A stretch of 62,081 nt of DNA, counting the filler, from Globobulimina sp. (lineage: Eukaryota): NCBI GenBank assembly GCA_003354225.1. It is 20 parts of 20 records of this genome, joined end to end, with 100 filler letters (N's around TTAATTAATTAA, not from the genome) between each part and the next. Parts side by side here need not be neighbours in the genome. Positions count along the whole stretch, not along the records: positions 46,644 to 49,651 come from PIVH01004044.1; positions 49,752 to 52,759 come from PIVH01004045.1; positions 52,860 to 55,867 come from PIVH01004046.1; positions 55,968 to 58,974 come from PIVH01004047.1; 16 more parts are not named here. One strand, given 5' to 3'. Positions 48,460 through 59,074 of this stretch are shown here, in pieces. Positions within the stretch are counted from its first letter, which is position 1, and every line of letters starts with the position of its first letter. A model generated the notes under the pieces. That model searched no databases, was not told where the DNA came from, and saw only the letters and a list, made by a program, of their open reading frames with translations. The translations under genes were made by a program, and so were the position numbers.

Positions 48460-49751
48460 TTTTGCATTTCGTTGTTAGATAAAAAGTGCTGACATGCCAC
48501 AGTTGTGAAAAACAGCATATTTTGAGCATCTACTTTGAAGTTACTAGCAATGCGTTTTTAGTACTTTTTACGACGAAAATGGAAATATCAAATATTATGC
48601 TATGGATCGATTACCAATGAATATTTACACACTTTAATCATATTTTCGCGGTTCTTGACAAGAAATTTCATTATTTATTACCTTTTCCATTTCTGTACAT
48701 CTGACAATATTTTGAGATGTAATCAAATATGTTTTCCCCATTGTATATATGTAATAATAATAAAAGCATGGATATCGCATGCAATAGTTACAAATCCAAT
48801 ACCAATATGTATAGATTCTCTGCATAAATATGGCTTGAATATGGGTTTGCTTTAAATAATAAAACATATCAACAAACAAAGTCAGTTAAAGTGTCAATAA
48901 GAATTAATGCCATAATGTATTGATATTTTTCTTTAAATTAACTGAATGTTCCATTACGAATTTCTACCATAAATACACGGAATTTTAATCAAAATAATTC
49001 AATTCCTATTCATTGCAGATTTGTAATGCATCCATTGTAATGTGTATTTTATTCTTCAAATCATTAGAACATAATATATAATCTGACACTGTATACATAC
49101 TTTCAATGCATAAATCATTATATTTCTTGTCAAGTCGCGCGAGATTCGGTGGATTCAGGTCCTAGGCGATGGAGAACTGATTTCTAACGTTCGTTTGACA
49201 AAGATTGGTTTAACAGACTTTTATGTCAATGCTGGCATGGTCTTTGGTCTCTGTTTTGTTTCATCTGACAATATATTGTATTGGAAGCGATCATTGGATG
49301 CAATTTCTAACTTTGTCAAATCGAAGAATTGAGGAAGGAAAACAAGTTAAAAATATAATGTTAAAAGAGTCGGTTTCTTAGTGAACTCATTGGTTTCTTA
49401 GTGAACATTTTTAAGGTTTTTTATGTAATGTTAAAAACGAAAACCGTAATTAATCGTTCCGGATTTCAAAAAAAACATACTCGCACCCAGAATAAACTAA
49501 TATACAGATAATTAACATTTCATATTTCATCATGCTTCAAAAAAATGTTTTTAACATTATTAATAAAATGTTATCTTTTAACATTTTATTTATAACCTAT
49601 TTTCCTTCCAGAATTGAAGTCTTTCCTTTTAGATCCTATCTGATTGATACANNNNNNNNNNNNNNNNNNNNNNNNNNNNNNNNNNNNNNNNNNNNTTAAT
49701 TAATTAANNNNNNNNNNNNNNNNNNNNNNNNNNNNNNNNNNNNNNNNNNNN

Positions 49752-50194
49752 GACCAATAATAACACCTACTCTTTCACCAACATTAATATTTGCTACAAT
49801 TGCAACACAAACTGGATCAGATAATACTGCTGATACTAATACTAATTATACTAATTATAGCAATAATAATTATAGTAATACTGCAGTAAATGCATCATCA
49901 TCATATACAACACAATCGATAATTGGTATGATTTTTTTGGTTGCTATTATTGTATTTTTGCATAGTATATTTATATTTGCGTGTATATCTAATCGGTGTA
50001 TTTGTAAAAAATGTGAATGTAAGAATGATTTGGATATATTCAATTGCAAGTCATGCAACACATTTTGTGATTTTATACTGAAACTTTTTCATCATTTGTC
50101 ATCAATGCGTGGTATAAACGACAGTGATAAGGACAGTGACATTGAAGTAGAATCTGTGCAAACTGATACGGAATATACGGAATCCAATGTTTGA
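49752..50194 (+). CDS. C-terminus of a single-pass membrane protein, 5' partial
   Basis: Thr/Asn-rich stalk, TM helix IIGMIFLVAIIVFLHSIFIFACI, short acidic tail. Confidence 0.45.
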
Positions 50195-50587
50195 TAATAT
50201 TATTTATTTTGATTTATTTATTGTTTTTAATTCATATCTTTCGAATTCCATACTGTTTCAGATTTAGTTTGCATTGCATTTGTTACAAATACTGAACCAG
50301 TTTGAGATCAGTCAGTGTGTGGCGTTGCGTAATGTGTGTATTGTTTTATTATTTGTTATTATTTGTTATTATTTGTTATTTATTTTATTATTATTAATTC
50401 TTATTTTTTCGTCACATTTTTTTTCTCGTCAATTTTTCATGATTTTTGATTTTTAATGACTTTATTTCGTCATTCTGCTCATAAACATCAAGGTCAAGGT
50501 ATGCAAATAATACAATTAACATAAAAAAAAATGATTATTCTCTCATATAAAATATAGTCATGGAAGCAGTTAAACTCCGAACAAGAA

Positions 50588-51814
50588 TCAACTGAAAAAA
50601 ATAGCACAGTCTCTTTTGGAGCGATATGTAGTTATCTGCTTTGCATCTACTTGATGCGGCTTACAATATCGATCATTGCACAAAAACCAGTGTTGATTCC
50701 ATTTAGTTAATGTCCAATAATGACTACCTCCAAACTGCATCTTTGCTGATAGCGAATAACGTTGAATAGCACCATCATAACCTTTTTTTAAATCATAATA
50801 TCCGACATCAATACCACTCATATTTTTTCCCAGAGTCACACAAACTACACTCGGCACAGATTCACCAGCAATTAACCGTTCACTTAAATGCACCAATCCG
50901 TTATCTACAATGACACTGTACTTCACTGCATTTCTCAGCATGGTAATACCGTCAAAATGCCCAGTTAACATTTGAATTGAGTCTTGAGTAGAAAACCTTT
51001 GCTGTCCACAAAAATCAATTAACAATAAAGCATAATATTTAAAAGTATCTGAATTGATAATCTGACTATAATCCTTATTCAGATACGTTTTCATAATTTC
51101 TACAAACATATCCACATCGGTATCTGACCCATATTGTGTATGAGAATAATCAGAAACCTTCCTAACTAATCCTTGTTGAGCCACCAAACATTGTAATAAT
51201 GCATTCATATAACATGTATTCCCGGCATTTGCTATTCCCATTGGACTCCGTCTTAATGTCATGTTTCTATTGTGTGGGAATACAAATACTCTTAGTTTTC
51301 TACCTGGATTATCAAATAAAAAATGAATTTTCAAATGTGTGGCTGTGTATTCATGGACATTTTTCAATGGCATTGATGTCTGTTTTTGTTTATTATCATG
51401 CTGTCCTTCAATAAGCAAAGTAAAGTCGTCTGTTAGTTGATGAGTATTTGATGCGAAGACTACACAAAATAATGTAGCTCCATCTCCGTGGTTTGTACAT
51501 ACTGAACCATTAATTTGTATGGTGGTTAATAAGACATCCTGTTTGTCGATGATTTTAATTTGCGATAATGTGCATTTCTCATTCCATCCAATGGTAAACA
51601 CATCATTAAAGTGTGATATTCCAAAGGGCTCTGTATGGAATCCTGTATTTGCGGAGATAACTAGAATGATAACGATTACAATACACAATACAAATAATAG
51701 CAAAATACAAATTGATTCGTCGTCCCAACTGCAGAAATTCCTTTTGGTTTTGACAGCGTTAGTATCTGTTTGATGATTATATGCGGAATCATGCATCTCA
51801 TAAATGTTCTGCAT
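50588..51814 (-). CDS. USP-like (peptidase C19) protein with N-terminal TM helix
   Basis: Cys box GIANAGNTCYMNALLQCL, QD box, His box GGSHYWT..WFLCND, TM ICILLLFVLCIVIVIILVI. Confidence 0.8.
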   Translation of the reverse strand: MQNIYEMHDSAYNHQTDTNAVKTKRNFCSWDDESICILLLFVLCIVIVIILVISANTGFHTEPFGISHFNDVFTIGWNEKCTLSQIKIIDKQDVLLTTIQINGSVCTNHGDGATLFCVVFASNTHQLTDDFTLLIEGQHDNKQKQTSMPLKNVHEYTATHLKIHFLFDNPGRKLRVFVFPHNRNMTLRRSPMGIANAGNTCYMNALLQCLVAQQGLVRKVSDYSHTQYGSDTDVDMFVEIMKTYLNKDYSQIINSDTFKYYALLLIDFCGQQRFSTQDSIQMLTGHFDGITMLRNAVKYSVIVDNGLVHLSERLIAGESVPSVVCVTLGKNMSGIDVGYYDLKKGYDGAIQRYSLSAKMQFGGSHYWTLTKWNQHWFLCNDRYCKPHQVDAKQITTYRSKRDCAIFFS

Positions 51815-51994
51815 GCGAAAGAAGAAAAGCTAAATGTTTTACCAGGTGATTCACAGCATGAGAATAAGCGTAATCATGTCATGCAGCTGCGTGATTTATA
51901 TTTGTTTTTTTTGAATATGCGATATATTATGTCATAGTTCCTGCAAAAAAAAACTGTGCTTCTGGGTTTTTTCATTTGACAAATAATTATAAAT

Positions 51995-52759
51995 ATGGCT
52001 CAACAAGCTTCAAACGTGAGTTATGTGACAGATCAAAAGATGTGGTGTTGGCAATCCAGCGACGGGTTTAAACCATATGAACAAAGTGTAGCATCAGAAA
52101 TTGACAGATTAAAAATTGGAGAATCTTACACGATGACTCACGGCCATACAAAATATATTATTATCAAAATTTCAAACATTTTTGCCAGACAAATTAACCC
52201 AAAAACTAATTTTCGCAGAGATGTAGTTCTGAAATCAATCAACAACACAACAAATAACAATATGCAAAGTGATGGTTGGTACTGGCAACGTAGTAACGGT
52301 GATTATGCAGCCTTTGATAATTCTAATTCTTCACAAATTGATAAATTACAAATTGGTCAAGTTTACAGCATCAAAGTTAATAATATCAAATATGACATTA
52401 AGAAATTGTCACACAACAAATGCGAGCAAACTAATGTCCAAAATGGCTATAAAAGAGAAGTTATATATCAATCAACAGCGTATAAATGGTTTTGGAGAAA
52501 TTCTCAAAATGAATATAAACCGTATTCAGATAAAACGTCACAGAAAATAGAGATATTAAAAATAAATGAGACGTTTTCGTTTTCTGTGAATAATTCGCAA
52601 TATGAGATTATAAAAAAAACAAATGATAAATGTCAACAAAAAAACATTGACAATAATTATTCGCGGCCTGTTATTCGTAAAATTATCGCTGACAAGAAAC
52701 AAAATGTTGACAATGACGATGTTGACCTGAAAGATAACACTGATACAAAGGAAGAGATC
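51995..52759 (+). CDS. Tandem WWE-domain protein (three copies), 3' partial
   Basis: Three repeats of WxW...Y..QxN..xRxV. Confidence 0.75.
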
Positions 52760-52861
52760 NNNNNNNNNNNNNNNNNNNNNNNNNNNNNNNNNNNNNNNNN
52801 NNNTTAATTAATTAANNNNNNNNNNNNNNNNNNNNNNNNNNNNNNNNNNNNNNNNNNNNTA

Positions 52862-55006
52862 CGTAAATTATATCTCTTTCTTAGATCCTTGTCTAGAAAA
52901 AATTTACTACTTATAAATGAAGCCATTAAAACTGGTAATGCAGATTATTGGCATACTGATGCTAAATTAGCTACACTTGCATATATGGCTGGATATTATA
53001 AAACTAAAACTAAAATTAAAGATAAAAATAAAGGAATTATAATTGTTGCTACATACCCCAATAAGGGTATTGAATTACTTAAATTGGAAACAATTTACAG
53101 GGACAGACGATTACAAAAAGCATTAACTATCAATAATAAAAAGCAAGAATTACCAATTATTACATATAAATATGAACCTCCAGTTAGTTGTAAATTATTT
53201 AATTACAATAAAACACTCAAACAGTTACAAAATAATACACTACAAAATATCATACAAGGCAATTGTAATTGTAATAATTCAAGTTATGTATATGGTCATT
53301 GTGGGCACATAATGACTGGTAATCTTGACATTATCAAAGATGAAAAACTTAAAGAACTCTTTCGGAAAGGAGCTAAGTTTCGAGAACCTAAAGCATTCAA
53401 CTGGATAGAAGTGAAAGAAGCTGCTATGGAATTGGTTGATCAATATTTCAACAAAATATTCAAAAGGATAAAAGCTTACGTGGATATAACACATATTACT
53501 GACAAGTACAGAAGACTCTACACGAACATTGTTGACAACAGAATTAAGTTTCTGTCAATGCATATTAGTAATACAGAGAAGAAATCATGTTTACTACAGA
53601 AGAAATGTCTAACGGAACTGAACCGGTTGCAGTTGGAATATGTCATTGCTCCAGCAGATAAAGCCAGCAATAATTTTATATTCATTTGCAAAAAATATTA
53701 TATTGAGGTTATGTGTAAAGAACTTGGTGTTAGTAGTTTTACCAATGGTACTTGTATTGCTGTGGGTAATAAAGTTTATAGGCCCTGTAGTATAACAGAA
53801 AGTTATCTTATAGCTAAACATAAAGAGCTCACCTTACATACAGGAAGCATAACATTTGCAAAGGATGACGAATGTTTACCAGTTATATTTGCTACACCAA
53901 AATTACATAAAAATCCATATAAATTTCGATTCATTGCTGGTGCTAGTAATTCATCAACTAAACCAGTTTCAATTATATTGCATAGAATTTTGTCACATTT
54001 TCAGCAGCATTTTGAAAAATATTGCAATACAGTTAGCAAAAGAAAAGGTTTCAACTGCTACTGGTCAATCAAAGGCAGTTTAGAAGCACACAGGCGACTA
54101 GAACATAAAATACAAGCTAATAAATTACATACTATAGTTACAGCGGATTTCAGTGCATTGTATACAATGTTTCCACATGACATTATAAAACAGCAACTGT
54201 TTAAACTTATTGATATGTTATTTGGGCATGCAAACAAAAGATTCATAGTAGTTAGTTATAAGAATGTATATTATGCAGACCAGGTAACCAGCAAAAGTTT
54301 AGCAATATTGGATATAAATGAAACAAAAGGCTTAATTAACAATGTAATAGATGAGACATATGTAAAGTTTGCTGGCCTTATATTCAAGCAAATATGTGGT
54401 GTACCTATGGGAGGAAATGCTAGTCCACTAATTGCAGATCTGGTATTAAGTATGATGGAATATAATTTCCTCACTGATAATGACAATAAAATTATAGCAA
54501 AAACAATGACTGACACTATTAGATATATAGATGACATTTTATCTATTAACTGTGAAAAATTCTTAGAATATGCTGAACTTATATACCCCAGTTGTTTAAC
54601 ACTAGAAAACACAACTAAGTCAAAATATGACAGTTGTTTTCTAGATTTAATGATTAGCCTGAGTCCTGGGAAACACAGAATTGCAGTATATAATAAGACA
54701 GATGATTTCAATTTCCATGTTGTTAGATATGGTTTTGCTTGTAGTAATGTACATACATCTACAGGTTATAAAGTGTTTTACACTCAATTAATTAGATTTG
54801 CACGAATTTGTAATAATTTTGATGATTTTGCTCCTAGAATTGGGCAGTTAATACATACATTACTTACTAATGGATATAATAAACCTAATCTGTATCATAC
54901 ATTTTACAAGTTTGCTTCGATATATAGTACTTTATTATTAAAATTCAAACTTGACAATAAAGAGAAAATAGCAAAATTTTTCATTTCTCAAATAGAACAA
55001 TTTTAA
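52862..55006 (+). CDS. Penelope-like reverse transcriptase, 5' partial
   Basis: CNC..GHIMTG, KGAKFREP, PADKASNN, PKLHKNP..RFI, ADFSALYT, GVPMGGNASP, RYIDD, FLDL, QLIRFARIC; frame is open from the contig start. Confidence 0.93.
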   Translation, partial: RKLYLFLRSLSRKNLLLINEAIKTGNADYWHTDAKLATLAYMAGYYKTKTKIKDKNKGIIIVATYPNKGIELLKLETIYRDRRLQKALTINNKKQELPIITYKYEPPVSCKLFNYNKTLKQLQNNTLQNIIQGNCNCNNSSYVYGHCGHIMTGNLDIIKDEKLKELFRKGAKFREPKAFNWIEVKEAAMELVDQYFNKIFKRIKAYVDITHITDKYRRLYTNIVDNRIKFLSMHISNTEKKSCLLQKKCLTELNRLQLEYVIAPADKASNNFIFICKKYYIEVMCKELGVSSFTNGTCIAVGNKVYRPCSITESYLIAKHKELTLHTGSITFAKDDECLPVIFATPKLHKNPYKFRFIAGASNSSTKPVSIILHRILSHFQQHFEKYCNTVSKRKGFNCYWSIKGSLEAHRRLEHKIQANKLHTIVTADFSALYTMFPHDIIKQQLFKLIDMLFGHANKRFIVVSYKNVYYADQVTSKSLAILDINETKGLINNVIDETYVKFAGLIFKQICGVPMGGNASPLIADLVLSMMEYNFLTDNDNKIIAKTMTDTIRYIDDILSINCEKFLEYAELIYPSCLTLENTTKSKYDSCFLDLMISLSPGKHRIAVYNKTDDFNFHVVRYGFACSNVHTSTGYKVFYTQLIRFARICNNFDDFAPRIGQLIHTLLTNGYNKPNLYHTFYKFASIYSTLLLKFKLDNKEKIAKFFISQIEQF

Positions 55007-55010
55007 CACA

Positions 55011-55100
55011 TTACCGGCTTATGTCGGTGGATTATTACTAGCTTTGCTAGTGGATTATTACTAGCTTTTGCTAGTGGATTATACTAGCTTTTGCTAGTGG
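55011..55100 (+). repeat. Four tandem hairpin units of about 23-24 nt directly after the RT stop
   Basis: TTACCGGCTTATGTCGGTGGATTA, TTACTAGCTTTGCTAGTGGATTA, TTACTAGCTTTTGCTAGTGGATTA, TACTAGCTTTTGCTAGTGG. Confidence 0.85.
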
Positions 55101-55640
55101 TTTATATGTAATTTAAACTAAAATAATTTAATAATCAAATTAATTAAAATTTGTAGTAAAGCTAATATAAAGCACACATTAAACATTTATTTATTTTCAC
55201 ACTTCTATTTGCTCTACATTTACAGTAATCAACTTTAGCACACAGTTGTTTATGGCACAGGATCATGATATCTTTTCAATGGGACAGGGCCCTAACTGAA
55301 CTTTATTGTGACATAACTGAAATGTCCTGTTACAGTAACCTAGTAATGTGCCATTACGAGTTTGCATAAAAGTGGGCATAGAATGGAAAAATGTTTTTCA
55401 TTTATTAATTAAAAATTAATTTATAATAATTTGGTTTTGTGATAATCTACAATGAGTGCCTCCCAGAAGAGACCAAGAGGCGAGTATTCAGATGGAGAAG
55501 AAGAGGTAACTACAAATATTGAGGTTGTTAAATTCATATTTTATATTAATCAATTTTTACTGGTTTTTTGTCCATCCTCCCCCTAACTGAGAGTAGAATT
55601 TTATTAAAAAATTTTTTTTTATACTTTTTGCTGAGTGATT

Positions 55641-55740
55641 CGCCTAGCAGCTTTCTACTGAAGAGCTGTCCTCTGCTAGTGCGTTATTGAATTGGGTCTA
55701 GAAATTAAAGGACCGAAACCTAATTCAAATAGGTTATAGA
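55641..55740 (+). ncRNA. Candidate hammerhead ribozyme with non-canonical strand order
   Basis: CTGAAGA 55658-55664, GAAA 55715-55718, GTC 55696-55698. Stem I TTTCTA/TAGAAA; stem II G-C plus GTCCT/AGGAC; stem III A-CCTAATTCAA/TTGAATTGGG-T. Confidence 0.6.
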
Positions 55741-56086
55741 CAATTTTTCAGATTTTATTGAGCTAGGGTAAAACTTTATTAATGTTTCTCAACTTTATCT
55801 TACTATTTGTTTTAACAATACGTTTTTTATTATTAAGCTAATTATTTAAGAACTGTCACTAACGTTCNNNNNNNNNNNNNNNNNNNNNNNNNNNNNNNNN
55901 NNNNNNNNNNNTTAATTAATTAANNNNNNNNNNNNNNNNNNNNNNNNNNNNNNNNNNNNNNNNNNNNGGGAGGAGTGGAATGAGTACTTTTAATTAATCC
56001 ACGCTCCTTGCATGCAATTCACTAAGTGCTTTTCGAAGTTTTAAGTATTAGTACTTAGAAAAAAGTTAGTTAGCACTAGTCAATTG

Positions 56087-58251
56087 CTACTTTATTTGTT
56101 TTAAACCAATGGTTTTATCAATATTTTCATATCCAATGCTTTCTTTCCTTCTTCGAATTACAATGAAAGCAGTTATAGCTACCACCAAAAGCAATATAAT
56201 TGCTCCAATTATGGATAGAAGCAATACTTCCATATTGTCCTTCTTCTCGCTACGCAATTTCATAGAAATCATCATATCTCCATTCAGATCAAATGACAAA
56301 CCATGATTTGCCAAACCACAATAATATAAAATACGATCATCAATGACTGTGATGCCATTCTGCATTCCGCCCCTTCGCGTCACGCCATCATCATCAACAA
56401 AGGTTGGACACGAAATCGTTTTTATAAACGCTCCATCAAACACATTATGAACAAATATGTCTCCAGTCACACTCGCTATAAATAACAAATCATTACTAAT
56501 TGTAGCCGCACTCCGAAATAAAGCCGATCTGTTCGCGTTGCGAGGTACAAACGAATCCCTTTCTGGTACAATAATGTCAGGAACCACTACATCCGACCCT
56601 GCTGCTAATAAATTAATATCACACGTTCCTTCTGCCGCAATATCCACATATTCATCATAGACTGAATTATCACATCCTCCCTCTGCCCCAATATGGCCAT
56701 ACGGATTGATGATATTATATAAAACATTGCCAGTTTTTAAATCTAAGCCATAAATTATTCCCGTATCACAGACAACAGTCTCACCGTCAGATGCAACATA
56801 TTTATATGCTTTGCTTGAATAATCATTCTGTCTCTCATCGTCGTATGGCCTGCCTCCGGTATTGGCAGTCACCAAAATCCCCAGTTTGGCATCAAGCGCA
56901 ACCCCCCAATTTGGAGCACCGCCATCGCGACTCCACGGACCAAACTTCTTTGAAAATAGCACATTCCCACTCGGCATTTCTATTATATACAACTGGCCGG
57001 ATTTTTGGTGCACTGCAGCATAAACAGTGCCATTCCGGGTATAGGTTGCAATGGATGTTACGTCGGAGTCTGGTCCCGCAACAGCTGGGCATCCCAACGC
57101 CATTTGTTCTGCGCCACTAAACATGTCTGGACATCCATTGACATAGTTATCCACACCAAACAATGGCAAACTTATAATTTCATCCAATGTCAATTTATTT
57201 AACACAATAAAGGAATCCGTCCATATATTCTTTTCCAGACAATTCCACCATTTTATATGTGCTTTGTTCTCACCACAAGGATTGATAGGATAGGTTGCAT
57301 TCAATTGACTGCTGTTATTATTCAACAAACAGTCGGCAATTCTCGCCGGATACGAATATAAATTCCCTGTACCAAATACCAGATAGTCGTCGATTATGGA
57401 GGGAACGCCCCATATACCAATGCCAGTGTAGCTGTCCCTCCACTCACTGCTGTTGTCGTTGATAATATGCGCTGGAAACGGATGCCATGCATTTAAAATC
57501 TCACCACTGTCCACATCCAATTTGAGCATTTTGCCACGAAATAATTGCATGCTGCCTTTTTTTTGTGAATATTTATAAATACAGATACCTGCTATATTTC
57601 GTGTAGTCGTGTACCTGCTATATTTGCTATACTGCTGACCCCTCCATAAGCAAAGTTGCCATCGACAATCAAAGTATGCAATCTGCACCGATTGCAATGG
57701 CTGGTTCCAGGAATTGCAGTTTTCCATAATAATGTACCGTCAGATATTGACAAAGCAACCGCGTAACAATTTGATTGGCAATTTGCAGGATCGATTAATG
57801 GATCCGGTCGTGCTCCAAACAATAAACCTTTTCGACCCATAGCATTTCTGAATAAAGTTACACTGTTTCTTGCACGGAATGGTATATTTGAGGAATTATA
57901 ACCTAATATTTCAGCGATATTTATCCGCCAAATTGCATTGCAATTATTCAAATCTACTTTTGTGATAAATCCAGATCTATCTGATAGATATCCATTATTT
58001 TGAGCGTCGACTGCTATATAACCAACGCGGCTTTGTCCATTGTTTGAGATGTAAATACAATCAGTCTCTAATGAATGAATATTATCCGAGTTCAATTGAC
58101 TTGGCATTGATTTCTGGTTTTCTAAATTACCTCCATGTATTGGCCATTTCCCATATAAATCACAATTGACGCCTACTACCAGCATATAGATTATTGTTGT
58201 TGCAGCATAAAGATAAATCGTGTCCATGGCAGGCTGCAGAGTGGGTTTCAT
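56087..58251 (-). CDS. PQQ-type beta-propeller (PVA dehydrogenase-like) type I membrane protein; intron 57556-57614
   Basis: Signal peptide, WPIHGGNLEN, YGGVSS..FRGK, GIGIWG..FGTGN, QKSG, C-terminal TM. Confidence 0.8.
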
Positions 58252-58656
58252 TAAATGCCCAGTTACACTAGATACTAGTAATGAAAACTAAATTGTCATA
58301 TGCCGAAATGACGCATTATTGACTTAAAAAATGACATGCAACCGATTGAGATTCTCGCTGAATCGGAAACGTTTAGTTTTATTAGTTATTTCTGATATAT
58401 TTGTTGCAAATAATGAATTAAATGGAAAACAGAATCCGAATGCAAAGCGAATGAATGATTACATGCCATATTCATCGCCAATGAAAGGGAAAGAAGCGAA
58501 AACAAAATGGAATGACTGGATGGAAATTGAACTGTGAAGACTTTGGAAATACAGAACTTTGGGTGCCAGCAAATTGAGGAGATATTAGAGAGTGTACAGT
58601 TATAATGCTATTTGTTAGGGAGAGTTTTTTGATCCTTGCACTTGTAAGTTGTAAGC

Positions 58657-58827
58657 ATGTCAGGCCAAGCAGCAGCGGATGAGAAGGACGATAAGTATAA
58701 AATAATTGTAGTCGGAGCAGGAGCCGTCGGCAAATCATCGCTAACCATTCGCTATGTAATAGGTGATTTCTTTGAACATTATGACCCGACCATCGAGGAT
58801 TATTACCGTAGGCTGGATGTTTTTTAA
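58657..58827 (+). pseudogene. Ras-family GTPase N-terminal fragment (missed by the ORF track), cut at a chimeric junction
   Basis: [57 protein letters not shown]-loop plus the Ras effector loop YDPTIED. Confidence 0.85.
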
Positions 58828-58953
58828 CATTTCAAGCCCCTGCTCCCCATTCTCTGCAAAGAATATTTCGTAGCCTTGTTTTTTGAGGGCCTTAGTAATT
58901 ATTACTCTGATAGATTCTTCGACGTCAATGACAAGAATTTGAGTTGTCTCCAT
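58792..58953 (-). pseudogene. Prokaryotic response-regulator receiver fragment, cut just after the phospho-acceptor Asp
   Basis: ILVIDVEESIR..GYEIFFAENGEQGLEML..PTVIILD, with a GGGGGTG SD-like site upstream. What follows is Ras antisense sequence. Confidence 0.75.
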
Positions 58954-59074
58954 GATTTGGTTACACCCCCGAATNNNNNNNNNNNNNNNNNNNNNNNNNN
59001 NNNNNNNNNNNNNNNNNNTTAATTAATTAANNNNNNNNNNNNNNNNNNNNNNNNNNNNNNNNNNNNNNNNNNNN

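Larger units (their letters stand above)
52860..55867 (+). mobile_element. Penelope-like retroelement, Naiad/Chlamys type, 5' truncated
   Basis: PLE RT preceded by a CxC linker, no C-terminal GIY-YIG, and a structured 3' region of about 860 nt. Confidence 0.8.

Noticed and set aside
55011-55100. CRISPR array or retron msr-msd next to an RT
   Set aside because: The units are contiguous with no unique spacers, there are no cas genes, and the RT motifs are Penelope-type.
55255-55500. SECIS element (some Naiads encode selenoproteins)
   Set aside because: The visible ORF has no in-frame TGA, and the ATGA..AA..GA candidates lack a properly paired helix II.
58741-58953. Intact 70-aa response regulator, as listed in the ORF track
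   Set aside because: The residues after ILD are the antisense of the Ras fragment, and the receiver's Thr and Lys half is missing.
3012-59074. TTAATTAATTAA recurring about every 3.1 kb as a biological repeat, and gene clusters spanning spacers
   Set aside because: It is a synthetic six-frame stop linker inside N runs joining length-sorted contigs, so cross-contig neighbourhoods mean nothing.
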